NCBI GenBank assembly: GCA_963704165.1
Contig: CAVPHD010000006.1
Coordinates: 1-64,000 of the forward strand
Direction of reading: 5' to 3'
DNA from: an uncultured delta proteobacterium
GTDB taxonomy: Bacteria > Myxococcota_A > UBA9160 > SZUA-336
Length of the DNA stretch: 64,000 nt
Shown piece by piece: positions 10,411 to 20,830 of this stretch (its first letter is position 1; the number at the start of each line of letters is the position of its first letter). The notes under the pieces are model-generated. The model did not search any database. It was not told the DNA's origin and worked only from the letters and a program-made list of their open reading frames with translations. A program made the translations under genes and the position numbers.

Positions 10411-12045
10411 CTAGGCCTCGCTCTTGGCGCGCAGGTAGCGCGCGAGGAGCGCGAAGAATCTCTCTCTCTCCACCGGCTTGGTCGCGAAGTCGTCGCAGCC
10501 GGCGGAGACGCAGCGGCCGCGCTCGGAATGCATCGCGTGCGCGGTCAACGCGACGATCGATCCGGTGTAGCCGCGACTTCGGAGCAGACGCGTCGCGGTG
10601 TAGCCGTCCATGACGGGCATCTGCATGTCCATCAGGATCAGATCGAACGGCGTCCCCGCCTCGCGCGCGAGCAGCGCCCGCTCGACACCCTCTTCACCGT
10701 TCTCACAGATCGAGATCTCGAGCCCGAGCTTGGCCAGCAAGAGGCGAATCAGGCGTTGGTTGTCCACGCCGTCCTCGACGAGCAGCACCCGCCCCGACAG
10801 CCGGGGCACCGGTTCGCGTTCGTTTCCGGTGCGCGGCGTGTCCACGAGCTCCTCCGAGACGTGTACGCGCTCGACACCTTCGAGCGGGCCGGTCGGGAGC
10901 GAGACGCGGACGGTGGTGCCCCGCCCGGTCTCGCTCTGGAATTCGATCGATCCATCCATCAGCTCGCAGAGGTGCTTCGAGATCGCGAGCCCGAGGCCGG
11001 TTCCACCGTAGCGGCGCGTCGTCGAGCCGTCGGCCTGGCGAAAGGGAAGAAACAGCCGTCCTCGCTCGTCGTCTGCAATCCCGATCCCCGTGTCGGCCAC
11101 CTCGAATACGATCCGGCTCGAAACGCCGTCGTCGTGGAACGACGTGCGAAGTCGCACCGAACCCGTGGACGTGAACTTGATCCCGTTTCCGACCAGATTG
11201 ATCAGCACCTGTCGCATGCGCGTCGGATCGCCCTCGATGCTCACGGGCAGCTCGGACCCGAACTCGAGTCGGAACGAGATCCCCTTCGCTTCCGAACGCA
11301 CGCGCATCAGCCGCGCGACGTCGCGAACGATCGCGATCGGCGAGTACGCGACGCGCTCGACCTCGAGCCGACCCGATTCGATCTTCGACAGATCGAGGAT
11401 GTCGTTCAGGAGCGTGAGCAGGTAATCGCCGTTGCGCTGGATCGTGCGCAGTGCGTCGACGGTCGCGCGCGGCGCTGCAACGTTCGCGGCCTCGTCGAGC
11501 AACTCTTCGGTGAAGCCGAGGATCGCCGTCATCGGCGTTCGGATCTCGTGGCTGACGTTCGCGAGGAACTCGCTCTTCACGCGCGTCGCCTGCTCGGCGT
11601 GCAGCATCGCCTCGCGCAGCGCGGAGTTCGCCTCTTCGAGAAGCTCGATGCGATTCTGGTCGGAGCGAAGCTTCCTGCGCTCCGTGGCGTCGCGCACGAC
11701 GAGCGCGAATCTCCCGTCCTGCGTGGCCCCGAGCCGGTACAAGGTCGCGAGGCCTGCGAATGCGCCACCGTCGTGCCGCGCGAGCTTGAACTCCCGCTCG
11801 CGGTCCGGCCGCACGTCGGCCGGGGCCGAGCGGCTCTCGGTGAGCATGCTCTGCCAGGTCTCGGCGAACCCCGGCGCGATGAGTGCATCGATCGAGCTGC
11901 CCTCGACGATCTCGGAGCGGTGCCCGAGTCGCCGCTCGACTGCGGCGTTCACGCCGATGATCCGAAGCTCGCCATCGAGGGTGATGACGAGGTCGGAAAC
12001 CAGCGACAGGAGCGTCACCTCGGCGCGCGCCAAGCTCATACCCAA
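10411..12045 (-). CDS. Cytoplasmic PAS-HisKA-HATPase-REC hybrid histidine kinase
   Basis: PAS N-terminus; [43 protein letters not shown]; no TM helices. Confidence 0.92.
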   Translation of the reverse strand: MGMSLARAEVTLLSLVSDLVITLDGELRIIGVNAAVERRLGHRSEIVEGSSIDALIAPGFAETWQSMLTESRSAPADVRPDREREFKLARHDGGAFAGLATLYRLGATQDGRFALVVRDATERRKLRSDQNRIELLEEANSALREAMLHAEQATRVKSEFLANVSHEIRTPMTAILGFTEELLDEAANVAAPRATVDALRTIQRNGDYLLTLLNDILDLSKIESGRLEVERVAYSPIAIVRDVARLMRVRSEAKGISFRLEFGSELPVSIEGDPTRMRQVLINLVGNGIKFTSTGSVRLRTSFHDDGVSSRIVFEVADTGIGIADDERGRLFLPFRQADGSTTRRYGGTGLGLAISKHLCELMDGSIEFQSETGRGTTVRVSLPTGPLEGVERVHVSEELVDTPRTGNEREPVPRLSGRVLLVEDGVDNQRLIRLLLAKLGLEISICENGEEGVERALLAREAGTPFDLILMDMQMPVMDGYTATRLLRSRGYTGSIVALTAHAMHSERGRCVSAGCDDFATKPVERERFFALLARYLRAKSEA

Positions 12046-12128
12046 GTCCCATCGTCCGCGGACTCCGGTGTCTGAATCCAGCGAGCGTCGGTATGCTACC
12101 CGCGGCCGTCGGGGCCGGGGGGCATCGG

Positions 12129-13640
12129 GTGGAGCGCGAGGCGGGCAGGCCGGTCGGTGCGGAGCGCTCCCGGTTCGAGATCGTGCGCGAGCGCGCCGGA
12201 CTCGCGCTCGCGCCGATCGTGTTCACGGCGCTCTGGCTCGCACCGCTCGATCTTTCGCTCGAGGCTCATCGACTGGCGGCGATCATGGGCACGGTCGTCG
12301 TTCTCTGGGTCACGGAAGCGATCCCGATGGCGATGACGGCGTTTCTCGGCGTCGCCTTCGCGGTCGTGCTCGGGGTCGCGCCGGCCAGCGTCGCCTTCGC
12401 GCCGTTCGCCGACCCGCTGATCTTCCTGTTCATCGGGACGTTCATGCTGGCGCAGGCGATCTTCTTCCACGGCCTCGATCGCCGCTTCGCGTTCGCGATC
12501 CTGTCACTCCCCGGTGTCGGCGAGAGCCCGGGGCGCGTGCTGGTCGCCTATGCCGGCGTCGCCTGCGCGCTCTCGATGTGGATCAGCAACACCGCGACGG
12601 TCGCGATGATGTTTCCGATCGGCGTCTCGCTGCTCGGCGCGCTCGAAAGCCGTTCCGGCGGCCGCCTGCCGGCGCAGTTCGGCACGGTGCTTCTGCTCTC
12701 GAACGCGCTGGCCGCATCGATCGGCGGACTCGCGACGCCGGTCGGCACGCCGCCGAACCTGATCGGACTCGGCTTCATCCGGCGCGAGCTGGGCGTCGAT
12801 CTGCCCTTCTTCACCTGGATGGCGCTCGGCCTTCCGATCGCCTTGCTCCTGCTCTCGTGGGCGCTCTTCGATCTCTCGCGCTCGGGCGCCCCGCGCGGCC
12901 TGCGACTGACCGGCGCGAGCGAGGTCATCCGGCGCGAACGCGAGGCGCTCGGACCGTGGTCGCGCGGCGAGCGGAACACGCTCGCCGCGTTCGCGATCAC
13001 CGTCTTCCTCTGGGTGCTGCCGGGCGCGGTCGCGCTGATCGCCGGGCAGGACACCCCCGCGTACTCGTTTCTGATCCAGCATCTGCCCGAGGGCGTGGTC
13101 GCACTGCTCGGCGCGGGACTTCTCTTCGTCCTGCCGACGGACGTCCGGCGAAGCGAGTTCACCCTGCCCTGGAACGAGGCGCTGAAGATCGACTGGTGGA
13201 TCGTCTTCCTCTACGGCGGCGGGATCGCGCTCGGCACGCTCGCGTTCAAGACCGGACTCGCCGAGGCCCTCGGGCGATCGCTCACCGATCTGCTCGGCGT
13301 GCAGTCCGCGTTCGGCCTGATCGCGCTCTCGACCGCGTTCGCGACCGTGCTCTCGGAAACGACGAGCAACACGGCATCCGCGAACATGGTGGTGCCGGTC
13401 GTGATCGCGTTCGCCCACTCCGCCGGAATCGACCCGCTTCTGCCCGCCGTGGCCGCGACGCTCGGTGCGTCGCTCGGCTTCATGCTGCCGGTCTCGACGC
13501 CCTGCAACGCGATCGTCTACGGCTCGGGGCGAGTTCCGCTTGGGCGCATGATCCGACACGGGATCGTCTTGGACGTCGCCGGGATCGTCGTGATCGTCGC
13601 CGTCGTCAGCACGCTCGGTCCGTTCATCCTCGGTCGCTAG
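12129..13640 (+). CDS. SLC13/DASS family sodium:anion symporter (start uncertain, 12093 or 12129)
   Basis: SMWISNTAT, TPVGTPPN, TTSNTASA, MLPVSTPCNAIV. Confidence 0.92.
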   Translation: MEREAGRPVGAERSRFEIVRERAGLALAPIVFTALWLAPLDLSLEAHRLAAIMGTVVVLWVTEAIPMAMTAFLGVAFAVVLGVAPASVAFAPFADPLIFLFIGTFMLAQAIFFHGLDRRFAFAILSLPGVGESPGRVLVAYAGVACALSMWISNTATVAMMFPIGVSLLGALESRSGGRLPAQFGTVLLLSNALAASIGGLATPVGTPPNLIGLGFIRRELGVDLPFFTWMALGLPIALLLLSWALFDLSRSGAPRGLRLTGASEVIRREREALGPWSRGERNTLAAFAITVFLWVLPGAVALIAGQDTPAYSFLIQHLPEGVVALLGAGLLFVLPTDVRRSEFTLPWNEALKIDWWIVFLYGGGIALGTLAFKTGLAEALGRSLTDLLGVQSAFGLIALSTAFATVLSETTSNTASANMVVPVVIAFAHSAGIDPLLPAVAATLGASLGFMLPVSTPCNAIVYGSGRVPLGRMIRHGIVLDVAGIVVIVAVVSTLGPFILGR

Positions 13641-14170
13641 GTCACGCGCATGCCGCGGGCCATCACGAGCTTCCCGGAGCGGACGAGATCGCCGAGCTTG
13701 AACGGGCGCAGGAGATCGATGAACGCGTCGAGCTTCTCGCTCGGACCGTGCACCTGCAGGATCAGGGACTCCGAGCCGTAGTCCACGACCTTGGCCTTGA
13801 AGTGCTCGGCGATCTGCAGGATCTCGGTCCGGCGGTCGAGCGGCGCGAAGAGCTTCAGGAGCGCGATCTCCGTCTCGTAGCTCTCGTCGCCGGTGTGGTC
13901 GATCGCGTGCACGACGTCGACGAGCTTCGCGAGCTGCTTGATGATCTGTTCGAGATCCGCGCCATTGCCCGAACAGGCGATCGTCATTCGCGAGAAGCGG
14001 CCCTCCGCTCCGGCGGACACGACGAGGCTCTCGATGTTGAACCCGCGCCGCGAGAACACCAACGCGACGCGGACGAGCACGCCGGGCTTGTTGTTGACGA
14101 AGAGCGAAATCGTGTGCAGGGGCGCCTTCGGCACGGTCTCGATCGGCGCAACGACGGCGGCGGTGGACAT
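13637..14170 (-). CDS. ilvN: Acetolactate synthase small subunit
   Basis: HTISLFVNNKPGVLVRVALVFSRRGFNIESL, QIIKQLAKL; directly after ilvB. Confidence 0.95.
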   Translation of the reverse strand: MSTAAVVAPIETVPKAPLHTISLFVNNKPGVLVRVALVFSRRGFNIESLVVSAGAEGRFSRMTIACSGNGADLEQIIKQLAKLVDVVHAIDHTGDESYETEIALLKLFAPLDRRTEILQIAEHFKAKVVDYGSESLILQVHGPSEKLDAFIDLLRPFKLGDLVRSGKLVMARGMRVT

Positions 14171-14171
14171 C

Positions 14172-15887
14172 TCAGGTGCTCCCGGACGGCTTCTCGAGCC
14201 GGTGTTTGGGCTTCTCGATCAGCATCTCCGAGAGCGACGCGCCGGCCGGGATCATCGGGAAGACGTTGTCCTCCTTCGCCACCTCGGCGACGACGATGCA
14301 GGGACCCGCGTCCCACGCATGCGCCTCGCGCAGGATGCGGTTCACATCGGCGGAGCGCCGGATGCGAAGACCCTTCGCGCCGTAGGCCTGCGCGAGCTTG
14401 ACGAAGTCGGGATTGCCCTCGAGATCCGCGCCCGAGAGACGGTTGTCGTAGAACATCTCCTGCCACTGCCGGATCATTCCCAGGTAGTTGTTGTTGATGA
14501 TCAGGCACTTCACCGGGAGCTTGTTCACGCACGCCGTCGCGAGCTCCGGGCAGGTCATCTGGAATCCGCCGTCACCGACGACCGCCCAAACCTTCTTGTT
14601 CGGGTGGGCGAACTGCGCGCCGATCGCGGCGGGAAAGCCGAATCCCATGGTTCCCGCGCCGCCGCTCGAGATCCAGGAGCGGTTGCTTCGCGTCAGGCAG
14701 AACTGCGCGGCCCACATCTGGTGCTGTCCGACGTCGGTGGTGATGATCGCGCGGCCCGCGGTGATCTCGTTCAGCCGGTCGAGCACATGCTGGGCGCGCA
14801 GCCCCCCCTGCTTCGGGTATTTCAGCGGGTACTGCCTTCGCCAGCGCGCGATCTGCGCCAGCCACTCCGCGGTGTCGGCCAGCTCGACCTGCGGCACGAG
14901 ATCTTCGATCACGAGCCGCGCATCACCGAGAATCGCGACGTCGGGGGTGATGATCTTGGCGAACTCGGCCGGGTCGATGTCGACGTGGATCTTGACGGCA
15001 CGTCGGCAGAAATCGGACAGGCGCCCGGTGATGCGGTCGTCCCAGCGGCCGCCGATCGACATGATCAGATCGCAATCGGCTACGGCCTTGTTCGCGTAGG
15101 CGGTGCCGTGCATGCCGAACATTCCGAGGTGCAACGGGTGCGTCTCGTCCACCGCGCCCTTGCCGAGCAGCGTCGTCACGACCGGCGCGCGCAGCTTCTC
15201 GGCCAGCGCCGTGATCGCCTTGCCCGCATCCGAGATCACCGCGCCGTGACCGACGTAGAGCACCGGCCTTCTCGCCTCGCGCAGGAAGCGCGCGGCCTCG
15301 GCGATCCGTGCGGGTTCCCCGCGACCCGGAACGGTGTAGCCCGGCAGGTCGAGCTCGTCGGTGAAGGCCGCCGTGCACGGACCCTGGCCGATGTCCTTGG
15401 GCAGGTCGATCAGCACCGGACCCGGCCGCCCCGAGGTCGCGATGTGGAACGCCTCGCGAACGATCCGCGGGATGTCCGCCGGATCCTTCACCAGGTAGGA
15501 GTGCTTCACCACCGGGTAGGTGATTCCGGTGACGTCGGCCTCCTGGAACGCGTCCTTGCCGAGCATCGGTGAGATGGTCTGGCCGCAGATCACGATCATC
15601 GGGGCCGAGTCCATCTGCGCCGTGAGCAATCCCGTGACCGTGTTCGTCGCCCCGGGTCCCGAGGTCACCAGCACCACGCCGGGCCGACCGGTCGAGCGCG
15701 CATACCCGTCGGCCATGTGAGTGGCGCCTTGTTCGTGGCGAACCAGGACCAGTTTGATCTTGGAATCGACCAGGGCGTCGAAGATGGGCATCGCCGCGCC
15801 GCCAGAGAGACCGAAGATGTACTCGACACCCTCTCTTTCAAGACAGCGGACGATCATCTCCCCGCCAGTTGGGGCTTTCTTCGACAA
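14172..15887 (-). CDS. ilvB: Acetolactate synthase large subunit, biosynthetic
   Basis: RHEQGA.HMADGYAR, TSGPGATN, DAFQEAD, DVGQHQMW, GDGGFQM; TTG start with AGGAG RBS. Confidence 0.95.
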   Translation of the reverse strand: MSKKAPTGGEMIVRCLEREGVEYIFGLSGGAAMPIFDALVDSKIKLVLVRHEQGATHMADGYARSTGRPGVVLVTSGPGATNTVTGLLTAQMDSAPMIVICGQTISPMLGKDAFQEADVTGITYPVVKHSYLVKDPADIPRIVREAFHIATSGRPGPVLIDLPKDIGQGPCTAAFTDELDLPGYTVPGRGEPARIAEAARFLREARRPVLYVGHGAVISDAGKAITALAEKLRAPVVTTLLGKGAVDETHPLHLGMFGMHGTAYANKAVADCDLIMSIGGRWDDRITGRLSDFCRRAVKIHVDIDPAEFAKIITPDVAILGDARLVIEDLVPQVELADTAEWLAQIARWRRQYPLKYPKQGGLRAQHVLDRLNEITAGRAIITTDVGQHQMWAAQFCLTRSNRSWISSGGAGTMGFGFPAAIGAQFAHPNKKVWAVVGDGGFQMTCPELATACVNKLPVKCLIINNNYLGMIRQWQEMFYDNRLSGADLEGNPDFVKLAQAYGAKGLRIRRSADVNRILREAHAWDAGPCIVVAEVAKEDNVFPMIPAGASLSEMLIEKPKHRLEKPSGST

Positions 15888-15949
15888 GTTCCGTTCTCCT
15901 GATCAGGTCATCGGCCGGTGAATCCATGAAAACTGCGTATCGGCTTCGC

Positions 15950-15979
15950 ACTTTACATTGAATCCCGATCGATTGCCAA
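15950..15979 (-). promoter_or_regulatory. Putative sigma70 promoter of ilvBN
   Basis: TTGGCA-N18-TAAAGT on the minus strand in an AT-enriched spacer. Confidence 0.45.
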
Positions 15980-15990
15980 GAACTTTGGGT

Positions 15991-16036
15991 TTGACGGGTA
16001 AACTTCGCATCGCTTACGGTGGCACAGTTCTAAAAT
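15991..16036 (+). promoter_or_regulatory. Putative sigma70 promoter of the divergent SDR
   Basis: TTGACG-N18-TACGGT; alternative -10 TAAAAT at 16031. Confidence 0.35.
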
Positions 16037-16056
16037 ATGGCACCAAGGAGGCGAAA

Positions 16057-16878
16057 ATGGCCGCTCGATTCGAAGGCAAGGTTGGAATTCTCACGGGAGC
16101 GGCCTCGGGGATCGGGGCGGCCAGCGCCCGCCGGCTGGCCAGCGAAGGCGCCCGGCTGATCCTGGCCGACGTCAATCGGGACGCAGGTGAGGCCCTCGCG
16201 AAGGAGCTCGGCGGCGGCGGCGACCGAGTCGGCTTCGCGCTCTGCGACGTGCGCGACCTGGCGCAGGTCGAGTCGCTCGTGGACTCGACGGCGAGCCGAT
16301 TCGGGCGGCTCGACCTGCTGTTCAACAACGCCGGCGCGGCCGCGTTCGGCACCACACCCGAGATCGACCCGGCCGCGTGGCACGACCTGTTCGAGCTGAA
16401 CGTCCACTCGATCTTCTACGCATGTCGCGCCGCGATTCCGCGGATGCGGAAGTCCGGCGGCGGCGCGATCGTCAACACCGCCTCGATCTCCGGCCTCTTC
16501 GCCGACTACTCGATCCCCGCCTACAACACGACCAAGGGCGCGGTCGTGAACCTGACCCGTTCACTCGCGGTCGATCACGCGCGCGACGGGATCCGCGTCA
16601 ACGCCGTCTGTCCCGGACCGATCGACACGCCGCTGATCGCGGGAATGAAGGCCGTGCCCGCGATCATCGACGAGTACGCGCGCCAGATCCCCGCCGGCCG
16701 GATCGGCCGGCCCGACGAGATCGCCGCCGCCGTCGCGTTCCTGCTCTCGGACGACGCGTCCTACGTCTCGGGCGCGATGCTCGTCGTCGACGGCGCGCTG
16801 ACCGCGCACACCGGCCAGCCGAATTTCCGGCGCGCGATCGAGGAGCTTCGGGGCTCGTCCGGCGGGAGCGGTTCCTAG
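16057..16878 (+). CDS. SDR oxidoreductase
   Basis: [29 protein letters not shown]. Confidence 0.9.
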   Translation: MAARFEGKVGILTGAASGIGAASARRLASEGARLILADVNRDAGEALAKELGGGGDRVGFALCDVRDLAQVESLVDSTASRFGRLDLLFNNAGAAAFGTTPEIDPAAWHDLFELNVHSIFYACRAAIPRMRKSGGGAIVNTASISGLFADYSIPAYNTTKGAVVNLTRSLAVDHARDGIRVNAVCPGPIDTPLIAGMKAVPAIIDEYARQIPAGRIGRPDEIAAAVAFLLSDDASYVSGAMLVVDGALTAHTGQPNFRRAIEELRGSSGGSGS

Positions 16879-16927
16879 GTTCGCAGGCGTCGCCTGGATC
16901 GCGTGGCGGGAGAGAGCCGCGCGGGCT

Positions 16928-17734
16928 TCAGCGAGTCCAAGAGAGCGACACGCGCTCGTCGGCGCCGATCCGCACGTGGGGCGCGGGCATGAGCCGCAGG
17001 CCGCGGCCGTCGCAGCTTCGCCCGCTCGCGAGATCGAAACGCCACCGGTGCCAGGGACACTCGAGTGTGTCGGACTCGGGCGTCGCGTCCTCGAGCGGGC
17101 CGAGCCGATGCGGGCAGAGCGTCGAGTGAGCGACGAGCGTGCCGTCGCCGAGCGCGATCACGCGGAACGGGCGGCCGTCGTATTCGACCCGAAGCGGCAG
17201 CCGCGCGCGCACGTCGGCATGCTCGCCGAGGTCGAGCGGTAACCGCCCGCGCTCGGGGAGCGAGCCGAGCCCTGCGAGCATGCTCTCGCGCCGGATCATC
17301 ATCGCCTCGTCCTCGTCCCAGAGCCTCGCGTACAGCGCAGCGTAGCCGCGGCCGAGCGCCTCGACGCTCGCGGACGGAACGCCGGGCAGCAGGAACTCGA
17401 CCCGGATCTCGGTCGCGTCTTCCCGCCCGGGTTCGAGCCGGGTCCGGATCTCGGAGCCGGCGCCCGGACCGGCGACGGTCGCGGTCACGTAGCGCAGATT
17501 CGGCCGGTCGAGGCGGACCTCGACCTCGATTTCGCCGGATTCGTCGGCACCGCGCCCGCGCAGGCGCGCGCGCCAGCCGTCGGCGCTGGACTCGAGGCAG
17601 CGGATCGCGTCGAACGAGCCGCGGTGCAGACCCGGCAAGTGCTCCCAGTCGAGCACGTTCTCCCAGATGCGCTCGAGCGAAGCGCGGATCGTGCGCTCGT
17701 AGACGCCGACGCGGACGAGATCGGTCGCGCTCAC
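16928..17734 (-). CDS. SRPBCC-Rieske [2Fe-2S] protein with inverted domain order
   Basis: N-terminal [14 protein letters not shown] and LWDED; C-terminal CPHRLG...CPWH; leaderless GTG start. Confidence 0.8.
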   Translation of the reverse strand: MSATDLVRVGVYERTIRASLERIWENVLDWEHLPGLHRGSFDAIRCLESSADGWRARLRGRGADESGEIEVEVRLDRPNLRYVTATVAGPGAGSEIRTRLEPGREDATEIRVEFLLPGVPSASVEALGRGYAALYARLWDEDEAMMIRRESMLAGLGSLPERGRLPLDLGEHADVRARLPLRVEYDGRPFRVIALGDGTLVAHSTLCPHRLGPLEDATPESDTLECPWHRWRFDLASGRSCDGRGLRLMPAPHVRIGADERVSLSWTR

Positions 17735-17740
17735 CCGGCG

Positions 17741-17770
17741 ATGATAGCAGCCCACCTCCCCTGCTATCGT
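17741..17770. promoter_or_regulatory. Back-to-back leaderless extended -10 promoters
   Basis: (-) TGcTATCAT-N6-GTG(17734); (+) TGcTATCGT-N6-ATG(17777). Confidence 0.6.
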
Positions 17771-17776
17771 TCGCGC

Positions 17777-19426
17777 ATGACCGACTTCATCTACCAGCCG
17801 ATCTTCGAGCACGGACACGACGAGACGCCGTACCGCAAGCTCACCGCGAACCACGTCTCGACCGCGAAGCTCGACGGGCGCGAGCTCCTGCTCGTCGATC
17901 CCGAAGCGCTCGTGCTTCTCGCGCGCGAGGCGCTCGACGACGTCTCTCACCTGCTGCGTCCCGGTCACCTCGCCCAGCTCGCGAAGATCCTCGACGATCC
18001 CGAAGCGAGCGAGAACGACCGCTTCGTCGCGCTCGAGCTCCTGACGAACGCGAACATCGCCGCGGGCCGCGTGCTGCCGAGCTGCCAGGACACCGGCACC
18101 GCGATCGTGATGGCGTACAAGGGCCAGCAGGTCTGGACGACCGGCGACGACGCCGAGGCGCTCTCGCGCGGGATCTTCGACGCGTATCAGCAGCGGAACC
18201 TGCGCTACTCGCAGATGGCCGCGCTCGACATGTACACCGAGAAGAACACCGGCACGAACCTGCCCGCACAGATCGACGTCTACGCGGAACCCGGGAACGA
18301 GTACCGCTTCCTGTTCATCGCCAAGGGCGGCGGCTCCGCGAACAAGACGTTCCTGTACCAGGAGACGAAGGCGCTCTTGAATCCCGCGTCGCTGACGAAG
18401 TTCGTGTCCGAGAAGATCCGTTCGCTCGGAACCTCCGCCTGTCCGCCGTACCATCTGGCGCTCGTGATCGGCGGCACCTCGGCCGAGATGACGCTGAAGA
18501 CCGTGAAGCTCGCCTCGGCGCGGTACCTCGACGACCTGCCGACGACCGGCAACGAGCACGGCCGCGCGTTTCGCGACGTCGCGTTCGAGGAGCAGGTGCA
18601 GAAGCTCTGCAACGAGACGGGGATCGGCGCGCAGTTCGGCGGCAAGTACTTCGCGCACGACGTGCGCGTGATCCGCCTGCCGCGGCACGGCGCGTCGTGC
18701 CCGGTCGGGCTCGGCGTCTCGTGCTCCGCGGACCGACAGATCCTCGGCAAGATCACGCGCGACGGCGTCTTCCTCGAGCAGCTCGAGGCGAACCCCGCGA
18801 AGTATCTCCCCGAGGTGACTCACGCGGACCTCGGCGGCGAGGTCGTGAGGATCGACCTGCGTCGACCGATGCGCGAGATCCTGGCTGAACTCTCGAAGCA
18901 CCCGGTCGGAACGCGGCTCTCGCTCAGCGGTCCGATGATCGTCGCGCGCGACATCGCCCACGCGAAGCTGAAGGAGCGACTCGATTCCGGCGCGGGCCTG
19001 CCGCAGTACTTCAAGGATCGGATGGTCTACTACGCCGGGCCGGCGAAGCAGCCGAAAGACCGCGCGTCGGGGTCGTTCGGCCCGACGACGGCGGGCCGCA
19101 TGGACTCCTACGTCGATCTCTTCCAGAGCCAGGGCGGCAGCATGGTCATGCTCGCGAAGGGCAACCGCTCGAAGCAGGTTCGCGACGCGTGCGCGAAGTG
19201 GGGCGGCTTCTATCTCGGCTCGATCGGCGGACCGGCTGCGCGCCTCGCCGATCACTCGATCAAGAAGGTCCGCGTGCAGGAGTACGAAGAGCTCGGCATG
19301 GAGGCGATCTGGTCGATCGACGTCGAGGACTTCCCCGCCTTCATCGTGACCGACGACAAGGGCAACGACTTCTACGCGGACCTGCTCGAGAGCAAGCCCG
19401 GCCCCGTCCTGCAGATTGGGCAGTAA
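17777..19426 (+). CDS. fumA: Class I fumarate hydratase (Fe-S)
   Basis: [46 protein letters not shown]. Confidence 0.95.
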   Translation: MTDFIYQPIFEHGHDETPYRKLTANHVSTAKLDGRELLLVDPEALVLLAREALDDVSHLLRPGHLAQLAKILDDPEASENDRFVALELLTNANIAAGRVLPSCQDTGTAIVMAYKGQQVWTTGDDAEALSRGIFDAYQQRNLRYSQMAALDMYTEKNTGTNLPAQIDVYAEPGNEYRFLFIAKGGGSANKTFLYQETKALLNPASLTKFVSEKIRSLGTSACPPYHLALVIGGTSAEMTLKTVKLASARYLDDLPTTGNEHGRAFRDVAFEEQVQKLCNETGIGAQFGGKYFAHDVRVIRLPRHGASCPVGLGVSCSADRQILGKITRDGVFLEQLEANPAKYLPEVTHADLGGEVVRIDLRRPMREILAELSKHPVGTRLSLSGPMIVARDIAHAKLKERLDSGAGLPQYFKDRMVYYAGPAKQPKDRASGSFGPTTAGRMDSYVDLFQSQGGSMVMLAKGNRSKQVRDACAKWGGFYLGSIGGPAARLADHSIKKVRVQEYEELGMEAIWSIDVEDFPAFIVTDDKGNDFYADLLESKPGPVLQIGQ

Positions 19427-19547
19427 GTCCCATCGCCGAGTGACTGCAAGCTGACTTGCTGATCGCGACGCTCATTCTTCGCTGACCGATCTTCGGAATC
19501 GAGTATGCTCCGCGGACTGCGCCGTAGCTGAGCGCTCCGTGGGTGCG

Positions 19548-19652
19548 ATGAAGCGGTTCGACGTGGACGAGCTCTCGAAGTCGATCGAGAGCACCTACGC
19601 CACCGCGACGCGGGTCGCGGGGCGGGCGAGTCGCCTGGAGCGCGCCTCGTGA
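19548..19652 (+). pseudogene. 34-aa ORF: internally deleted remnant or leader of the downstream LuxR-type paralogs
   Basis: MKRFDVDELSKSIESTYATATRVAGRASRLERAS*; the last 40 nt match 20792-20831 at 37/40; same GTGA overlap with the next gene; TATGCT -10 at 19504. Confidence 0.6.
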
Positions 19653-20830
19653 TCGCGTCGAATTCCAGCCGTTCGCAAGCGCAGCTGAACTCGCTGATCG
19701 GCGACATCTACGACGCCTCTCTCGACACGTCGAAGTGGCCAGCGCTCTTGCCGAAGCTGCTGGACGCCGCGGGCGCGCACCGCGGCGGACTCGGCATCGC
19801 CATGCCTGGCGACACGGCATCCGACCTCACGCTCACGCACGAGCTCGATCCCGACCTGATGGGGCGATGGCAACGTGAGTTCTCTGGATTCGACCCCGTC
19901 TACGAGCGACAGGGAATGCCGCCGGTGGGCTCCGTGTTCCGCGCGTGGGACGTCGTCCCTCCCGATGAGTTCAGACGGCTCGCGGTCTACCGCGAGATCT
20001 TCGGCCCGGGTGGCGTCGACGACCACCTCGTGACCATCCTGACCCGGGAGGGCGATCGCAGAGCGTTCTTCTCGGCCTACCGGAGTGAGTCCGAGGGACC
20101 GTTCTCGGAAGAAGATGTGCAGGCGTACACGATCCTCTCGCCGCACCTCACGAAGGCAGCCCGAATCCATGAGAAGCTCTCCGCGGTCTCCAACGCCAAT
20201 ACCGCCCGGGAAATCGCATTCGAGATCCTGCCGTTCGGCGTGCTGGTGCTCGATCGGGACGGATTCGTCGTCTCGCTCAATCGAGAGGCGGAGCGAATCA
20301 TCGCGGCGGGCGACGCGCTTCGGGTCCGCTCCGCCCGATTGACCTTGGTTCATCCACACGCGGACTCCGAGCTGCAGCGGGCGGTGGGACGGTCACGCGT
20401 GCCGCTGGCGGCCGAGACCGCGCCTCGAGCCAGCGTCCTCGCAGCACCGCGTGCGGGTCTCAGGAAGCCCTACCAGCTCTTGATCACGCCGGTTCCGCGG
20501 CCCTCAGCCGAGACGATCTTCGGCACGATACGCCGGGTTGCCGCGAGCCTGATCGTCGTCAGCGACCCCGAAGTCAGCGCTCGGCCAGCGGCGGAAACGC
20601 TCCTGCAGCTCTTCGCCCTCACGCCGGCGCTGTCGCGGCTTGCCGCAGCGATCGCGGCCGGCAAGACCCTCCGCGAGTACGCCGACGAGGCGCGCGTGAC
20701 CGAGGGCACGGCGCGCCAGCAGCTGAAGGAGCTCTTCGTGCGAACGGGAACGTCGCGACAGGCGGAGCTCGTGCGGGTGATCCTCTCGAGTGTCGCGGGG
20801 CTGGCGAGTCGGCTGGAACGCGCCTCGTGA
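19649..20830 (+). CDS. Sensor (GAF/PAS-like)-LuxR HTH transcriptional regulator, copy 1
   Basis: LIGDIYDASLD..W N-terminus; PFGVLVLD..NREAE PAS; LTPA..GKTLREYA..TARQQLKELF.RTGTSRQAEL. Confidence 0.85.
   Translation: MIASNSSRSQAQLNSLIGDIYDASLDTSKWPALLPKLLDAAGAHRGGLGIAMPGDTASDLTLTHELDPDLMGRWQREFSGFDPVYERQGMPPVGSVFRAWDVVPPDEFRRLAVYREIFGPGGVDDHLVTILTREGDRRAFFSAYRSESEGPFSEEDVQAYTILSPHLTKAARIHEKLSAVSNANTAREIAFEILPFGVLVLDRDGFVVSLNREAERIIAAGDALRVRSARLTLVHPHADSELQRAVGRSRVPLAAETAPRASVLAAPRAGLRKPYQLLITPVPRPSAETIFGTIRRVAASLIVVSDPEVSARPAAETLLQLFALTPALSRLAAAIAAGKTLREYADEARVTEGTARQQLKELFVRTGTSRQAELVRVILSSVAGLASRLERAS

Noticed and set aside
10459..10471. (CT)n dinucleotide run as a phase-variation tract
   Set aside because: Short, in frame, and simply encodes ERER near the kinase C-terminus.
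15888..15950. ilvB attenuator leader peptide
   Set aside because: The upstream ATG reads MDSPADDLIRRTELV..., which is not Ile/Leu/Val-rich, and there is no terminator hairpin.
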